Shown here piece by piece: positions 56,056 through 64,000 of a DNA stretch of 64,000 bases. The notes under the pieces were generated by a model, which saw only the letters and a list, made by a program, of their open reading frames with translations, had not been told where the DNA came from and did not search any database. Numbering within the stretch: position 1 is the stretch's first letter; each line of letters opens with the position of its first letter. The position numbers and the translations under genes were made by a program. This DNA is from Polyangiales bacterium (GTDB taxonomy: Bacteria > Myxococcota_A > Polyangia > Polyangiales > JADJQN01): NCBI GenBank assembly GCA_964202905.1, contig CAXNJO010000006.1, positions 128,001 through 192,000 of the forward strand, given 5' to 3'.

Positions 56056-57689
56056 CGACTGAACCGTCGTTCATCGAGGTCTTCCTCGACGTCCTCGCGA
56101 AGGAGCCCGCGAAGGCGCACGTCACCGAGATCCACGGCCCGACGCCACGCCCCTTCGACGGCACGTCGCTGTGCGAACTCGTCGCCCGCGCCCGCGGCGC
56201 GTTGCGGTCGCGCGGCGTGCGCCCCGGCGACCGCGTGGGCCTGCTCGCGGCGAACTCCGCGCAGTGGGTCGCGGCCGACGTCGCGCTGCTCGCGGAGGGC
56301 GCGATCGTCGTGCCGCTCTACGCGCGGCAGGAGCCCGCCGAGCTCGCGGGGATGCTGCGCGACGCGGGCGCGACGCTCGTCGTCGCGAGCACCGACGCCC
56401 TCGCTGCCGCGCTCGCCGCGCACCTGCCCGGCGTGCCCGCGTGCCTCTTCGCCGAGCTCTTCGCGGGTGAGCCCGTGCGCGAGCCCGCCGCGCCGCGCGC
56501 GCCCGGCGACTGCGTCACCATCGTCTACACCTCGGGCACGAGCGGCGAGCCGAAGGGCGTGATGGTCACGCGCGCGGGCGTCGACCACATGCTGCCCGTC
56601 ACGCGCGACTCGCTGCGCGCGCTGATGGGCGCGCAGGCCGGGAACGACCGGCTCTTCCACTACCTGCCGTTCTGCTTCATGGGCTCGCGGATCGTCTTGT
56701 GGACGGCGCTCTACCGCGGCTCCGGGATCCTCGTCTCGACGAGCCTCGAGAACCTGGTCGAGGAGATGAAGACGGCGCGGCCGCACTACTTCCTCAACGT
56801 CCCGGCGCTGCTCGAGCGCATCAAGAAGGGCGTCGAGGGCAAGCTCGCGACGAAGCCGGCGCCCGTGCGCGCGCTCTATGCGCGTGGCCTTCAGGCAGCG
56901 GCACGCAGCGCGGCCGGCGAGGCGTCGATCGTCGATCGCGCCGCGCTCGCGCTCGCGCGTCGCGTCGTGTTCGCGACGATCCGCGCGCAGATCGGGCCGG
57001 ATCTCGTGTGCCTCATCTGCGGGAGCGCGCCGCTGCACCCGGACACGCAGCGTTGGTTCGAGACGCTGGGCATCCCCGTCTACCAGGTCTACGGGCTCAC
57101 GGAGACGACCGCGATCGTGACGATGGACGTGCCTGGGCACGCGGTCGCGGGGCGCGTCGGCACCGCGATCCGCGGCGTCGAGCTGAAGCTCGGCGAGGGC
57201 GACGAGCTGCTCGTGCGCGGGCCCAACGTCTTCGCCGGCTACTGGCAGCGGCCCGAGGCGACGGCCACCGCGCTCGCGGACGGCTGGTTCCACACGGGCG
57301 ATCAGTGCGGCCTCGACGCGCGCGGCAACCTCGAGGTCATCGGGCGCGTCGGCAACATCCTCGTCGCCGAGTCGGGGCACAACATCGCGCCCGAGCCCAT
57401 CGAGACGAAGCTCCTCGCCGAGCTGCCGGGCGCCGAGAACTGCGTCGTGCTCGGCCACGGGCGCCCGTACCTCGCGGCCATCGTCACGGGCAAGGTCGCG
57501 ACCGACGACGTGCAGCGCGCGGTCGATCGCGTGAACGAGACGCTGCCGCACTACCGGCGCGTGCGCCGCTTCCACGTCTCCGCCGCGCCCTTCACGATCG
57601 AGAGCGGGCTGCTCACCGCGAACCAGAAGCTGCGCCGCAAGGCCATCGAGAAGCACTACGCGGACGCCGTGAAGGAGCTCTACGCGTGA
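56052..57689 (+). CDS. AMP-dependent long-chain acyl-CoA/ACP ligase
   Basis: YTSGTSGEPKG, YGLTET, FHTGD, NIAPEPIE, KLRRK; TTG start overlapping the upstream stop. Confidence 0.92.
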   Translation: MTTEPSFIEVFLDVLAKEPAKAHVTEIHGPTPRPFDGTSLCELVARARGALRSRGVRPGDRVGLLAANSAQWVAADVALLAEGAIVVPLYARQEPAELAGMLRDAGATLVVASTDALAAALAAHLPGVPACLFAELFAGEPVREPAAPRAPGDCVTIVYTSGTSGEPKGVMVTRAGVDHMLPVTRDSLRALMGAQAGNDRLFHYLPFCFMGSRIVLWTALYRGSGILVSTSLENLVEEMKTARPHYFLNVPALLERIKKGVEGKLATKPAPVRALYARGLQAAARSAAGEASIVDRAALALARRVVFATIRAQIGPDLVCLICGSAPLHPDTQRWFETLGIPVYQVYGLTETTAIVTMDVPGHAVAGRVGTAIRGVELKLGEGDELLVRGPNVFAGYWQRPEATATALADGWFHTGDQCGLDARGNLEVIGRVGNILVAESGHNIAPEPIETKLLAELPGAENCVVLGHGRPYLAAIVTGKVATDDVQRAVDRVNETLPHYRRVRRFHVSAAPFTIESGLLTANQKLRRKAIEKHYADAVKELYA

Positions 57690-58510
57690 CCGCGCCGTTC
57701 GTCGGAGAGACGCTCTCGTACGCGCACGTCGGCACGACGCTCGAGGTCACGCTGCACCGCTCGGTGCCGGGCGCCTCGTGCAACGAGATCGGCGAGCAGA
57801 CGCTGCGCGAGCTCGAGGCCCTCGTCGCGTATCTCGCCGCCGGTGCCGGGGGAGCGCGCGCGCTGCTCTTCGCGAGCAGCGTGCCGCGCGGCTTCTGCGC
57901 GGGCGCGGATCTGCGCGCGCTCTACGAGGGCATGGTCGCGCGCCGCGGCGCGGGGGCGCCGCCGGTCGGCGAGGTGCGCGCGTTTCTCGACCGCATCCAC
58001 GCCGTCTTCGACGCGCTCGACACCACGCCGCTGACCACCGTCGCGGCGTTGCACGGGGTGGTGTTCGGCGGCGGCTTCGAGCTCGCGCTCACCTGCGACG
58101 TGCTCGTCGCGGACAAGACCGCGCGCTTCTGCTTCCCGGAGCTGCGGCTCGGGCTCGTGCCCGGGTTCGGCGGCATCCCGCGGCTCGCGCGGGACGTCGG
58201 CAACGCCGTCGTGCGCGACCTGCTCTTCACCGGGCGCTCGCTCAACGCGCAGCGCGCGCAGCAGATCGGGCTCGTCTCGCAGCTCGTCGCGCCCGGCGAG
58301 GCCGTGCACGTCGCGCGCAAGGTCGCGGAGCAGGCGGCGCGCTTCGACGCGGCGACCTCGGCGGCCGCCAAGGCCTTCGCGAAGCCGCTCCCGAGCGAGT
58401 GGCTGAACCGCGAAAAAGACACGTTTTGCGCGCTCTTCGCCTCGCCGGTGGTCGAGGCCGCGCTCCACAAGTTCGTCACCAGCACCGACGCGAGACCGTA
58501 CCTGCCATGA
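57686..58510 (+). CDS. Enoyl-CoA hydratase (crotonase) family protein
   Basis: FCAGAD, GGGFE and PELRLG; both catalytic Glu present. Confidence 0.92.
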   Translation: MTAPFVGETLSYAHVGTTLEVTLHRSVPGASCNEIGEQTLRELEALVAYLAAGAGGARALLFASSVPRGFCAGADLRALYEGMVARRGAGAPPVGEVRAFLDRIHAVFDALDTTPLTTVAALHGVVFGGGFELALTCDVLVADKTARFCFPELRLGLVPGFGGIPRLARDVGNAVVRDLLFTGRSLNAQRAQQIGLVSQLVAPGEAVHVARKVAEQAARFDAATSAAAKAFAKPLPSEWLNREKDTFCALFASPVVEAALHKFVTSTDARPYLP

Positions 58511-58758
58511 ACGCCTCATCCAGCCCCGACCTCGAGACCCGCCTGCTCACCCTCGCCGCCGCGCGCTTCGGCAAGCCCGTCGCCTCGCTCGCGCCTGGCG
58601 ACGACGTCTTCGAGAAGCTCGGCATCGACAGCATCCAGGCGATGGAGATGCTCACCGAGATCGAGACGACCTTCGGCGTCGAGGTCCCCGACTACGAGCT
58701 GCAGGGCGTGACGACGTTCGCCGGGATCGCGGAGCTCGTGCGCCGGAGGCTCGGCTGA
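58507..58758 (+). CDS. Acyl carrier protein
   Basis: 83 aa, LGIDSI phosphopantetheine site, IETTFGV. Confidence 0.93.
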   Translation: MNASSSPDLETRLLTLAAARFGKPVASLAPGDDVFEKLGIDSIQAMEMLTEIETTFGVEVPDYELQGVTTFAGIAELVRRRLG

Positions 58759-60572
58759 TGGACGCGGCCCCCGAGACCCGGCCCGCCGCGCCGCGCGATG
58801 CCCGCGCGTACGCGATGCTCGATGCCTCGCGCTACACGAGCGTCGGCGAGATGCTCCGCGACGCGCTCGTGCAGTTCAAGACGCACGTCGCGTTCACCGA
58901 GCTCGATCGCCGCCGCGTCACGCAGCGGCTCAGCTACCTCGACGTCAAGCGCGCGGTCGAGCGGCTCGCGCGGCGCCTCGAAGACGCGGGGATCGGCGCG
59001 GGGGACCGCGTCGCCATCGTGATGACGAACCAGGCGCGCTGGCCGATCGCGGCGATGGCCGCGTTCTTCCGCGGCGCGGTCGTCGTCCCCATCGATTACA
59101 AGCTCACGCCGAAGGAGCGCGAGGCGCTGCTCGCGCACGCGAAGCCCCGCGCGCTCGTCACGGAGTACCCGCTGTTCGCGCCGCACGCCGCGGGCGCGCT
59201 CGAGGCCGTGTCGCTCGTGCTCGTGAGCGAGGCGCCGCCGAACGCGCGCCTCGGCCACGCGCAGCGCTGGGGTGCGCTCGACGGCGCGGACGAGCCGGCC
59301 GGCTCCGACGCGCCGCCGACCTTCGTGCCGCGCGCGCGCGAGGACGTCGCGACCATCGTCTACTCCTCGGGCACCGGCGGTCAGCCGAAGGGCTGCATGC
59401 TCCCGCACCGCGCGTACCTCGCGCAGTACGCGGCGCTCACGGCGCTCTTCCCGCTGGTCGCGGGCGATCGCTACTTCTCGATCCTGCCGACCAACCACGC
59501 GATCGACTTCATGTGCGGCTTCCTCGGGCCGCTCTGCGGCGGCGCGATGGTCGTGCACCAGCGCACGCTGCGCCCCGAGTTCCTCACCGCGACGATGAAG
59601 AGCGAGCGCGTCACGCACATGGCCGTCGTGCCGCTGCTGCTCACGGCCTTCGAGCGCGCGATCCGCGAGAAGCTCGACGCGCTCCCCGGCTGGCAGCGCG
59701 CGGCCGTCGAAGCGCTGATGCAGGTGAACGAGCGGCTCACCGAGCGGCGCCCGAACCGGCTCGTCAGCCGCACGCTGTTGCGTCCCATCCACGAGGCCTT
59801 CGGCGGCGAGCTGCGCGTGCTCTTCTGCGGCGGCGCGTTCGTCGAGCAGGAGCGCGCGGAGCTCTTCTACCGCCTCGGGCTGCCCGTCGCGATCGGCTAC
59901 GGGCTCACCGAGGCCAGCACCGTCGCGACGGTCAACGATCTGCGGCCTTTCCGGGGGGATTCCGTCGGCCGCGCGGTCGACGGCGTCTCGCTGCGCATCG
60001 TCGACGCGGACGCGAGCGGCGTCGGCGAGGTGCAGCTCCACGGGCCGACGCTGATGCTCGGCTACCTCGACGACCCCGAGCAGACGCGCGCTGCCTTCAC
60101 GGAAGATGGTTGGCTGCGCACGGGCGATCTCGGGCACCTCGACGCCTCGCACCACCTGCACCTCGTCGGGCGCAGCAAGAACATGATCGTCACGCGCGGC
60201 GGCAAGAACGTGTACCCCGAGGACATCGAGGGCGCGTTCGGCGGCGTCGCGTGCGAGGAGCTCGCGGTCTTCGCGGAGGGCTACCTCTGGCAGACGCGCG
60301 GCGAGCTCGTCGGCGAGCGGCTCGTCGTCGTCGCGCGCCTGAAATCGGGCGCGACCGAGGCCGAGCGGCTGCGCTTCACCGAGGCGCTGCACGCCGCGAA
60401 CCAGCGGCTCGCCGACTACAAGCGCGCGCACGCCCTGCTGCTGACGGACGAGGCCTTCCCGCGGACGGCGTCGATGAAGATCAAGCGCGGCCCCCTCGCG
60501 GAGGACTTGCGCGCGCGGTACGCGCAGGCCGACATGCTGTGGCTCGGCGAGCCGGTCGAGGCGGTGCGGTGA
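58758..60572 (+). CDS. Second AMP-dependent acyl ligase
   Basis: YSSGTGGQPKG, GYGLTE, LRTGD, GKNVYPEDIE, PRTASMKIKR. Confidence 0.92.
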   Translation: MDAAPETRPAAPRDARAYAMLDASRYTSVGEMLRDALVQFKTHVAFTELDRRRVTQRLSYLDVKRAVERLARRLEDAGIGAGDRVAIVMTNQARWPIAAMAAFFRGAVVVPIDYKLTPKEREALLAHAKPRALVTEYPLFAPHAAGALEAVSLVLVSEAPPNARLGHAQRWGALDGADEPAGSDAPPTFVPRAREDVATIVYSSGTGGQPKGCMLPHRAYLAQYAALTALFPLVAGDRYFSILPTNHAIDFMCGFLGPLCGGAMVVHQRTLRPEFLTATMKSERVTHMAVVPLLLTAFERAIREKLDALPGWQRAAVEALMQVNERLTERRPNRLVSRTLLRPIHEAFGGELRVLFCGGAFVEQERAELFYRLGLPVAIGYGLTEASTVATVNDLRPFRGDSVGRAVDGVSLRIVDADASGVGEVQLHGPTLMLGYLDDPEQTRAAFTEDGWLRTGDLGHLDASHHLHLVGRSKNMIVTRGGKNVYPEDIEGAFGGVACEELAVFAEGYLWQTRGELVGERLVVVARLKSGATEAERLRFTEALHAANQRLADYKRAHALLLTDEAFPRTASMKIKRGPLAEDLRARYAQADMLWLGEPVEAVR

Positions 60573-61471
60573 GCGACGCGTTCGTCACCGTCGTCAACGT
60601 CGCGGCCGGCGGCGGGCGCTGCGGGGCGCGGGCCCGCGAGGTGCTTCCGCGGCTGCGCGAGGCGGGGCTCGCGCTCGACGTGCGCGAGACGCGCGCGCCG
60701 GGCGACGCGACGCGGATCGTGCGCGAGGCGTACGGCGCGGGGGCGCGGCGCTTCCTCGCGGTCGGCGGCGACGGCACCACCTACGAGGTGGTCAACGGTC
60801 TCTTCCCCGCGGCCCAGGGCGCGCCGGACGTGACGCTCGGGATGCTGCCGCTCGGCACGGGCAACTCCTTCCTGCGCGACTTCGGGATCGTCGACGCGGA
60901 GGGCGCGATCGGCGCGCTGCTCCGCGGGACGACCCGCGCGATCGACGTCGTGCGCGCCGAGCACGCGGAGGGCGTGATTCACTACGTGAACCTGCTCAGC
61001 GTCGGCTTCAGCGCGACGGTCGGTGCGCTCACGAACCGGCGCTACAAGCCGTTCGGCCAGGCGGGCTACGCGCTCGCGGTCGTGCAGGGGCTCGCGCGGC
61101 TCGCGCACCCGACGTTCCCGCTGCGCCTCGACGACGCGGACACGATCGACCTGCGGCCGTGCACGCTGCTCTCGTTCTCGAACAGCCGCTGCACGGGCGG
61201 CACGATGCAGATGGCGCCCGATGCCGACCCGACCGACGGCGCGCTCGACGTGATCCGCGTGGGCGCGATGGGGCGGCGCGAGCTGCTGCGCACCTTCCCG
61301 AAGATCTACCAGGGCAAGCACGTGGGCCATCCGGCGGTGTCGGCGACGCGCGCGCGGCGCGTGACGTTCGCGGACCCGTTCGCGACGGATGTGATGGTGG
61401 ACGGGGAGGTCCTCGAGCTGACGCTGCGCGAGCTCCGGGTGCTGCCGGGCGCGCTGCAGGTGAGGGTGTGA
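60569..61471 (+). CDS. Diacylglycerol/lipid kinase family protein (DgkB/YegS-like)
   Basis: VN..AG, GGDGT..EVVNG, PLGTGNSF, DG.LD, VDGE. Confidence 0.93.
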   Translation: MSDAFVTVVNVAAGGGRCGARAREVLPRLREAGLALDVRETRAPGDATRIVREAYGAGARRFLAVGGDGTTYEVVNGLFPAAQGAPDVTLGMLPLGTGNSFLRDFGIVDAEGAIGALLRGTTRAIDVVRAEHAEGVIHYVNLLSVGFSATVGALTNRRYKPFGQAGYALAVVQGLARLAHPTFPLRLDDADTIDLRPCTLLSFSNSRCTGGTMQMAPDADPTDGALDVIRVGAMGRRELLRTFPKIYQGKHVGHPAVSATRARRVTFADPFATDVMVDGEVLELTLRELRVLPGALQVRV

Positions 61472-62319
61472 GTCCGATGGACGGGGAGCGCACGATGGAC
61501 GCGCAGCGTGGGTCGGTGGGCGAGGTTGAGGGCGAGGCCGGAGCGGTGCCCGTGTCGCTCGAGCCGGTGCGGCCGCTCGACTACGTGAAGTCGGCCGCGC
61601 TCTGGGCCGCGGGCGTCGCGTGGCTGGTGCCGACGCTCGGGCCGATGACGCTGCTGAACGCGACGGTCGGCCCGGAGCGCATCGAAGCGATCTCGCGCGT
61701 GTACACGCGCACGCAGGTCGCGCTCACCGGCTCGCGGTGGCGCACGGTGGTGCACCCCGAGGTCGACCCGAAGGGCGTCTACCTCTTCGCGCAGAACCAC
61801 ACGAACCACTTCGATCACGTCACGCTCTACGCGGCGACACCGCACTTCAAGCAGGGTGTCGAGCTCGAGTCGCACTTCTCGTATCCGTTCTACGGCTGGT
61901 TCATGAAGGCGCGCGGCACGATCCCGGTGCGCCCGGGCTCGAAGGGCCAGACCCCGGAGATCCTCGCGCGCTTCAAGTCCGAGGTCGACAAGGGGCACTC
62001 GATCCTCGCCTTCCCCGAGGGCACGCGCACGCTCGACGGGCGCGTCGGGCGCTTCCGCACGGGCACCTTCTTCATCGCGCGCGATCTCGGCATCCCCGTG
62101 GTGCCCGTCGCGGTGACCGGCATGTACGAGGTGATGCGCAAGGGCAGCTATCTGCTGCGTCCCGGGCACACGGTGACCGTCCACGTCGAGCGCCCGATCC
62201 CCACGGCCGGGCTGCGCGACGACGAGGTCCCCGCGCTCGCCGCCGAGGTCCAGCGCGTCGTGGCCGCGCGCATCGACACGTACTGGCGCGAGAAGGCGGA
62301 GCGGGGCGCCGCGCGATGA
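61468..62319 (+). CDS. Lysophospholipid acyltransferase (PlsC family)
   Basis: NHTNHFD (HxxxxD), FPEGTR, PVVPV. Start 61468/61477/61495. Confidence 0.92.
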   Translation: MSPMDGERTMDAQRGSVGEVEGEAGAVPVSLEPVRPLDYVKSAALWAAGVAWLVPTLGPMTLLNATVGPERIEAISRVYTRTQVALTGSRWRTVVHPEVDPKGVYLFAQNHTNHFDHVTLYAATPHFKQGVELESHFSYPFYGWFMKARGTIPVRPGSKGQTPEILARFKSEVDKGHSILAFPEGTRTLDGRVGRFRTGTFFIARDLGIPVVPVAVTGMYEVMRKGSYLLRPGHTVTVHVERPIPTAGLRDDEVPALAAEVQRVVAARIDTYWREKAERGAAR

Positions 62320-62966
62320 CCACGGCGCTCAAGGCCGACGCGAAGCCCGACGGGCGCACCGAGCGCGCGCAGGCGATCCGCCTCGAGCGCCGCGCGCACC
62401 TGCTCGACTCCGCGCTCCGCACCTTCGCGGCGCGGGGCTATCACCAGACCAGCATCGCGGACATCGTCGACGAGGCGGGCGTCGCGCGCGGCACGTTCTA
62501 CCTGTATTTCGAGTCGAAGAGCGCCGTCTTCCTCGCGCTGCTCGACGAGCTGCTCGCGCACCTGCGCGCGAACGTCGTCGGCGTCGACGTGACGCCGGGC
62601 GCGGCGCCGCTCGCCGCGCAGCTCCTCGACATCGTGCGCCGCATCCTGCGCACGGTGCTCGAGAAGCGCGCGCTCGCGAACATCGTCTTCCGCGAGGCCA
62701 TCGGGCTCGACGCGGAGGTCGACGCGAAGCTGCGCGTGTTCTACGCGTCGCTGCACCGCTTCCTCGTCGAGGCGCTCGAGCTCGGGCAGCAGACGGGCGC
62801 GGTGCGCGGGACACTCGACGTCGACGCGAGCGCGTCCTGCATCCTCGGCTCGATCAAGCAGGTGCTCGAGCAGTATTTCGTGCAGCAGGGCGAGCGCGAC
62901 TTCGACGTCGAGCGCTTCGCCCGCGCGATCCTCGACTACAACCTGCACGGCGTGCTCGCGCGCTGA
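62316..62966 (+). CDS. TetR/AcrR family transcriptional regulator
   Basis: FAARGYHQTSIADIVDEAGVARGTFYLYFESK. Confidence 0.95.
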   Translation: MTTALKADAKPDGRTERAQAIRLERRAHLLDSALRTFAARGYHQTSIADIVDEAGVARGTFYLYFESKSAVFLALLDELLAHLRANVVGVDVTPGAAPLAAQLLDIVRRILRTVLEKRALANIVFREAIGLDAEVDAKLRVFYASLHRFLVEALELGQQTGAVRGTLDVDASASCILGSIKQVLEQYFVQQGERDFDVERFARAILDYNLHGVLAR

Positions 62967-62979
62967 CGGCGCGACGCGG

Positions 62980-63999
62980 TCAGCTGCTCGCGGCGGGCGC
63001 GGACGGCGTCGGCGACGCGGCGCCGGGCGCGGGGGCCTCGGGGCCCGCGGGCGGCTGCGGTCCGGGCGGCTGCGATCCGGGCGGCTGCGATCCGGGAACC
63101 TGCGGCTCGGGCCCTGCGCCCGGCGTGCGCGGCAGGCCGAGCGATTCGCGGTAGCGCTCGTCGCCCGGGCCGTGGAGCGCCCAGTACGGGAGGCGCTCGG
63201 TGCGCAGGAGCGTGGCGCGCTCGCCGTCGCTCGCCGTCCACGCGAGGATGCGGCGCTGCCCGCCCTGCTCGACGTTGAAGGTGCGCGTCACACCCTCATA
63301 GGAGAGGGTGAAGCGATCGACGCCGCCGGCCTCGTGGGACCGCGCGATGCGGGCGGGCGTCGGCCTCAAGGGGATGTGGGCGCGGCGCGTGCTCCAGAGG
63401 CGCGGGACGAGCATGCCCTGCCAGTCGCCGCCCTCCGCGAAGGGACCATCGAGCTCGCGGAGCTGGATGAAGAGGGCGTCCTCGTAGAGCGTGCCGGCGG
63501 GGGCCGCGACGCGCTCGGTGCGCTCGCCCTCGTTCGCGAAGTAGCTGATCAGCTGCGACTCGTAGCCGTCGGCCGCGGGCCACACGCCGTGGAACACGTG
63601 GCCGCACCACTCCTGCGCGGTGAGCGTGATCTTCGCGGGGGCAAAGCGCGTCGGGAGGTAGCCGTCGACCGGCGCGAACACGCTCGTCAGGAGCGAGTAG
63701 GGGTAGATGCCCGTCTGGAAGCGCTCGGTGTAGTTGAGCTTCAGCACGGGCACGCCGCGCGCCCCGGCGGCGTCGTCCTTCACGAGCGTGTCGCGGTCGA
63801 GGGGCTCGGTGACGTAGACGAGCACGATCTCCGCCTCGCGCGGCGCGCCGTAGCGCATGACCGTCGCGCGGTAGCCGCTCAGCTCGGCGCGGCCGTCGCC
63901 CCACGTGCGCCAGAAGCCCGCGGACGCGCGCGCGCCGGGTCGCGCGGGGAGCTGGGCGTGCGCGTGCGCCGGGTGCTCGGGCGCGCTGACCGGCCCGCC
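62980..63999 (-). CDS. Hypothetical protein (5' end outside the window) with a Pro/Gln-rich repeat tail
   Basis: Frame open to the window edge; WGDGRAELSGY...RYG, VTEP, KLN...TGIYPYS, QEWCGHVF, LPYW; 15-bp repeats encoding QPPGS at ~63052-63110. Confidence 0.8.
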   Translation of the reverse strand, partial: GGPVSAPEHPAHAHAQLPARPGARASAGFWRTWGDGRAELSGYRATVMRYGAPREAEIVLVYVTEPLDRDTLVKDDAAGARGVPVLKLNYTERFQTGIYPYSLLTSVFAPVDGYLPTRFAPAKITLTAQEWCGHVFHGVWPAADGYESQLISYFANEGERTERVAAPAGTLYEDALFIQLRELDGPFAEGGDWQGMLVPRLWSTRRAHIPLRPTPARIARSHEAGGVDRFTLSYEGVTRTFNVEQGGQRRILAWTASDGERATLLRTERLPYWALHGPGDERYRESLGLPRTPGAGPEPQVPGSQPPGSQPPGPQPPAGPEAPAPGAASPTPSAPAASS

Positions 64000-64000
64000 G

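Noticed and set aside
50789..62966. PKS/NRPS secondary-metabolite cluster
   Set aside because: No ketosynthase or condensation domain; the kinase and PlsC point to a glycerolipid-type product.

Overview
A very GC-rich (roughly 75% by eye), gene-dense bacterial chromosome segment. It is most likely from Myxococcota (Polyangia/Sandaracinaceae-like), judging by a MYXO-CTERM motif, Cys-rich lipoproteins, a eukaryote-like Ser/Thr kinase and a sigma-54 activator. About 50 real genes are present; most long ORFs in the track are GC-driven shadow frames. Contents in order: large surface lipoproteins, tRNA-Leu(UAA), panD, a PilZ protein, a cold-shock gene, a ceramidase-like lipoprotein and a UbiB/ABC1 kinase; a porin-sbp-cysT-cysW-cysA sulfate uptake operon divergent from a sigma-54 activator, with two -24/-12 promoters and four palindromic candidate enhancer sites between them; sthA; a peptide-ligase/transglutaminase locus (circularly permuted ATP-grasp, alpha-E, two DUF2126 amidoligases, and an Ntn-fold/transglutaminase fusion); a U32/RlhA-like gene; a permuted TrxB-like/4Fe-4S membrane fusion; thyA and folA split by an OmpA-domain gene. 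The best candidate for an undescribed system is an 11-gene, translationally coupled lipid operon (50789-62966). It resembles the myxobacterial ElbD ether-lipid machinery split into stand-alone genes, with an added pyruvyl-transferase-family protein, crotonase, second ligase and lipid kinase. Five apparent single-site frameshifts suggest indel errors in the assembly. No CRISPR array, integrase, transposase or rRNA was seen. All calls are from motif recognition by eye; no searches were run.
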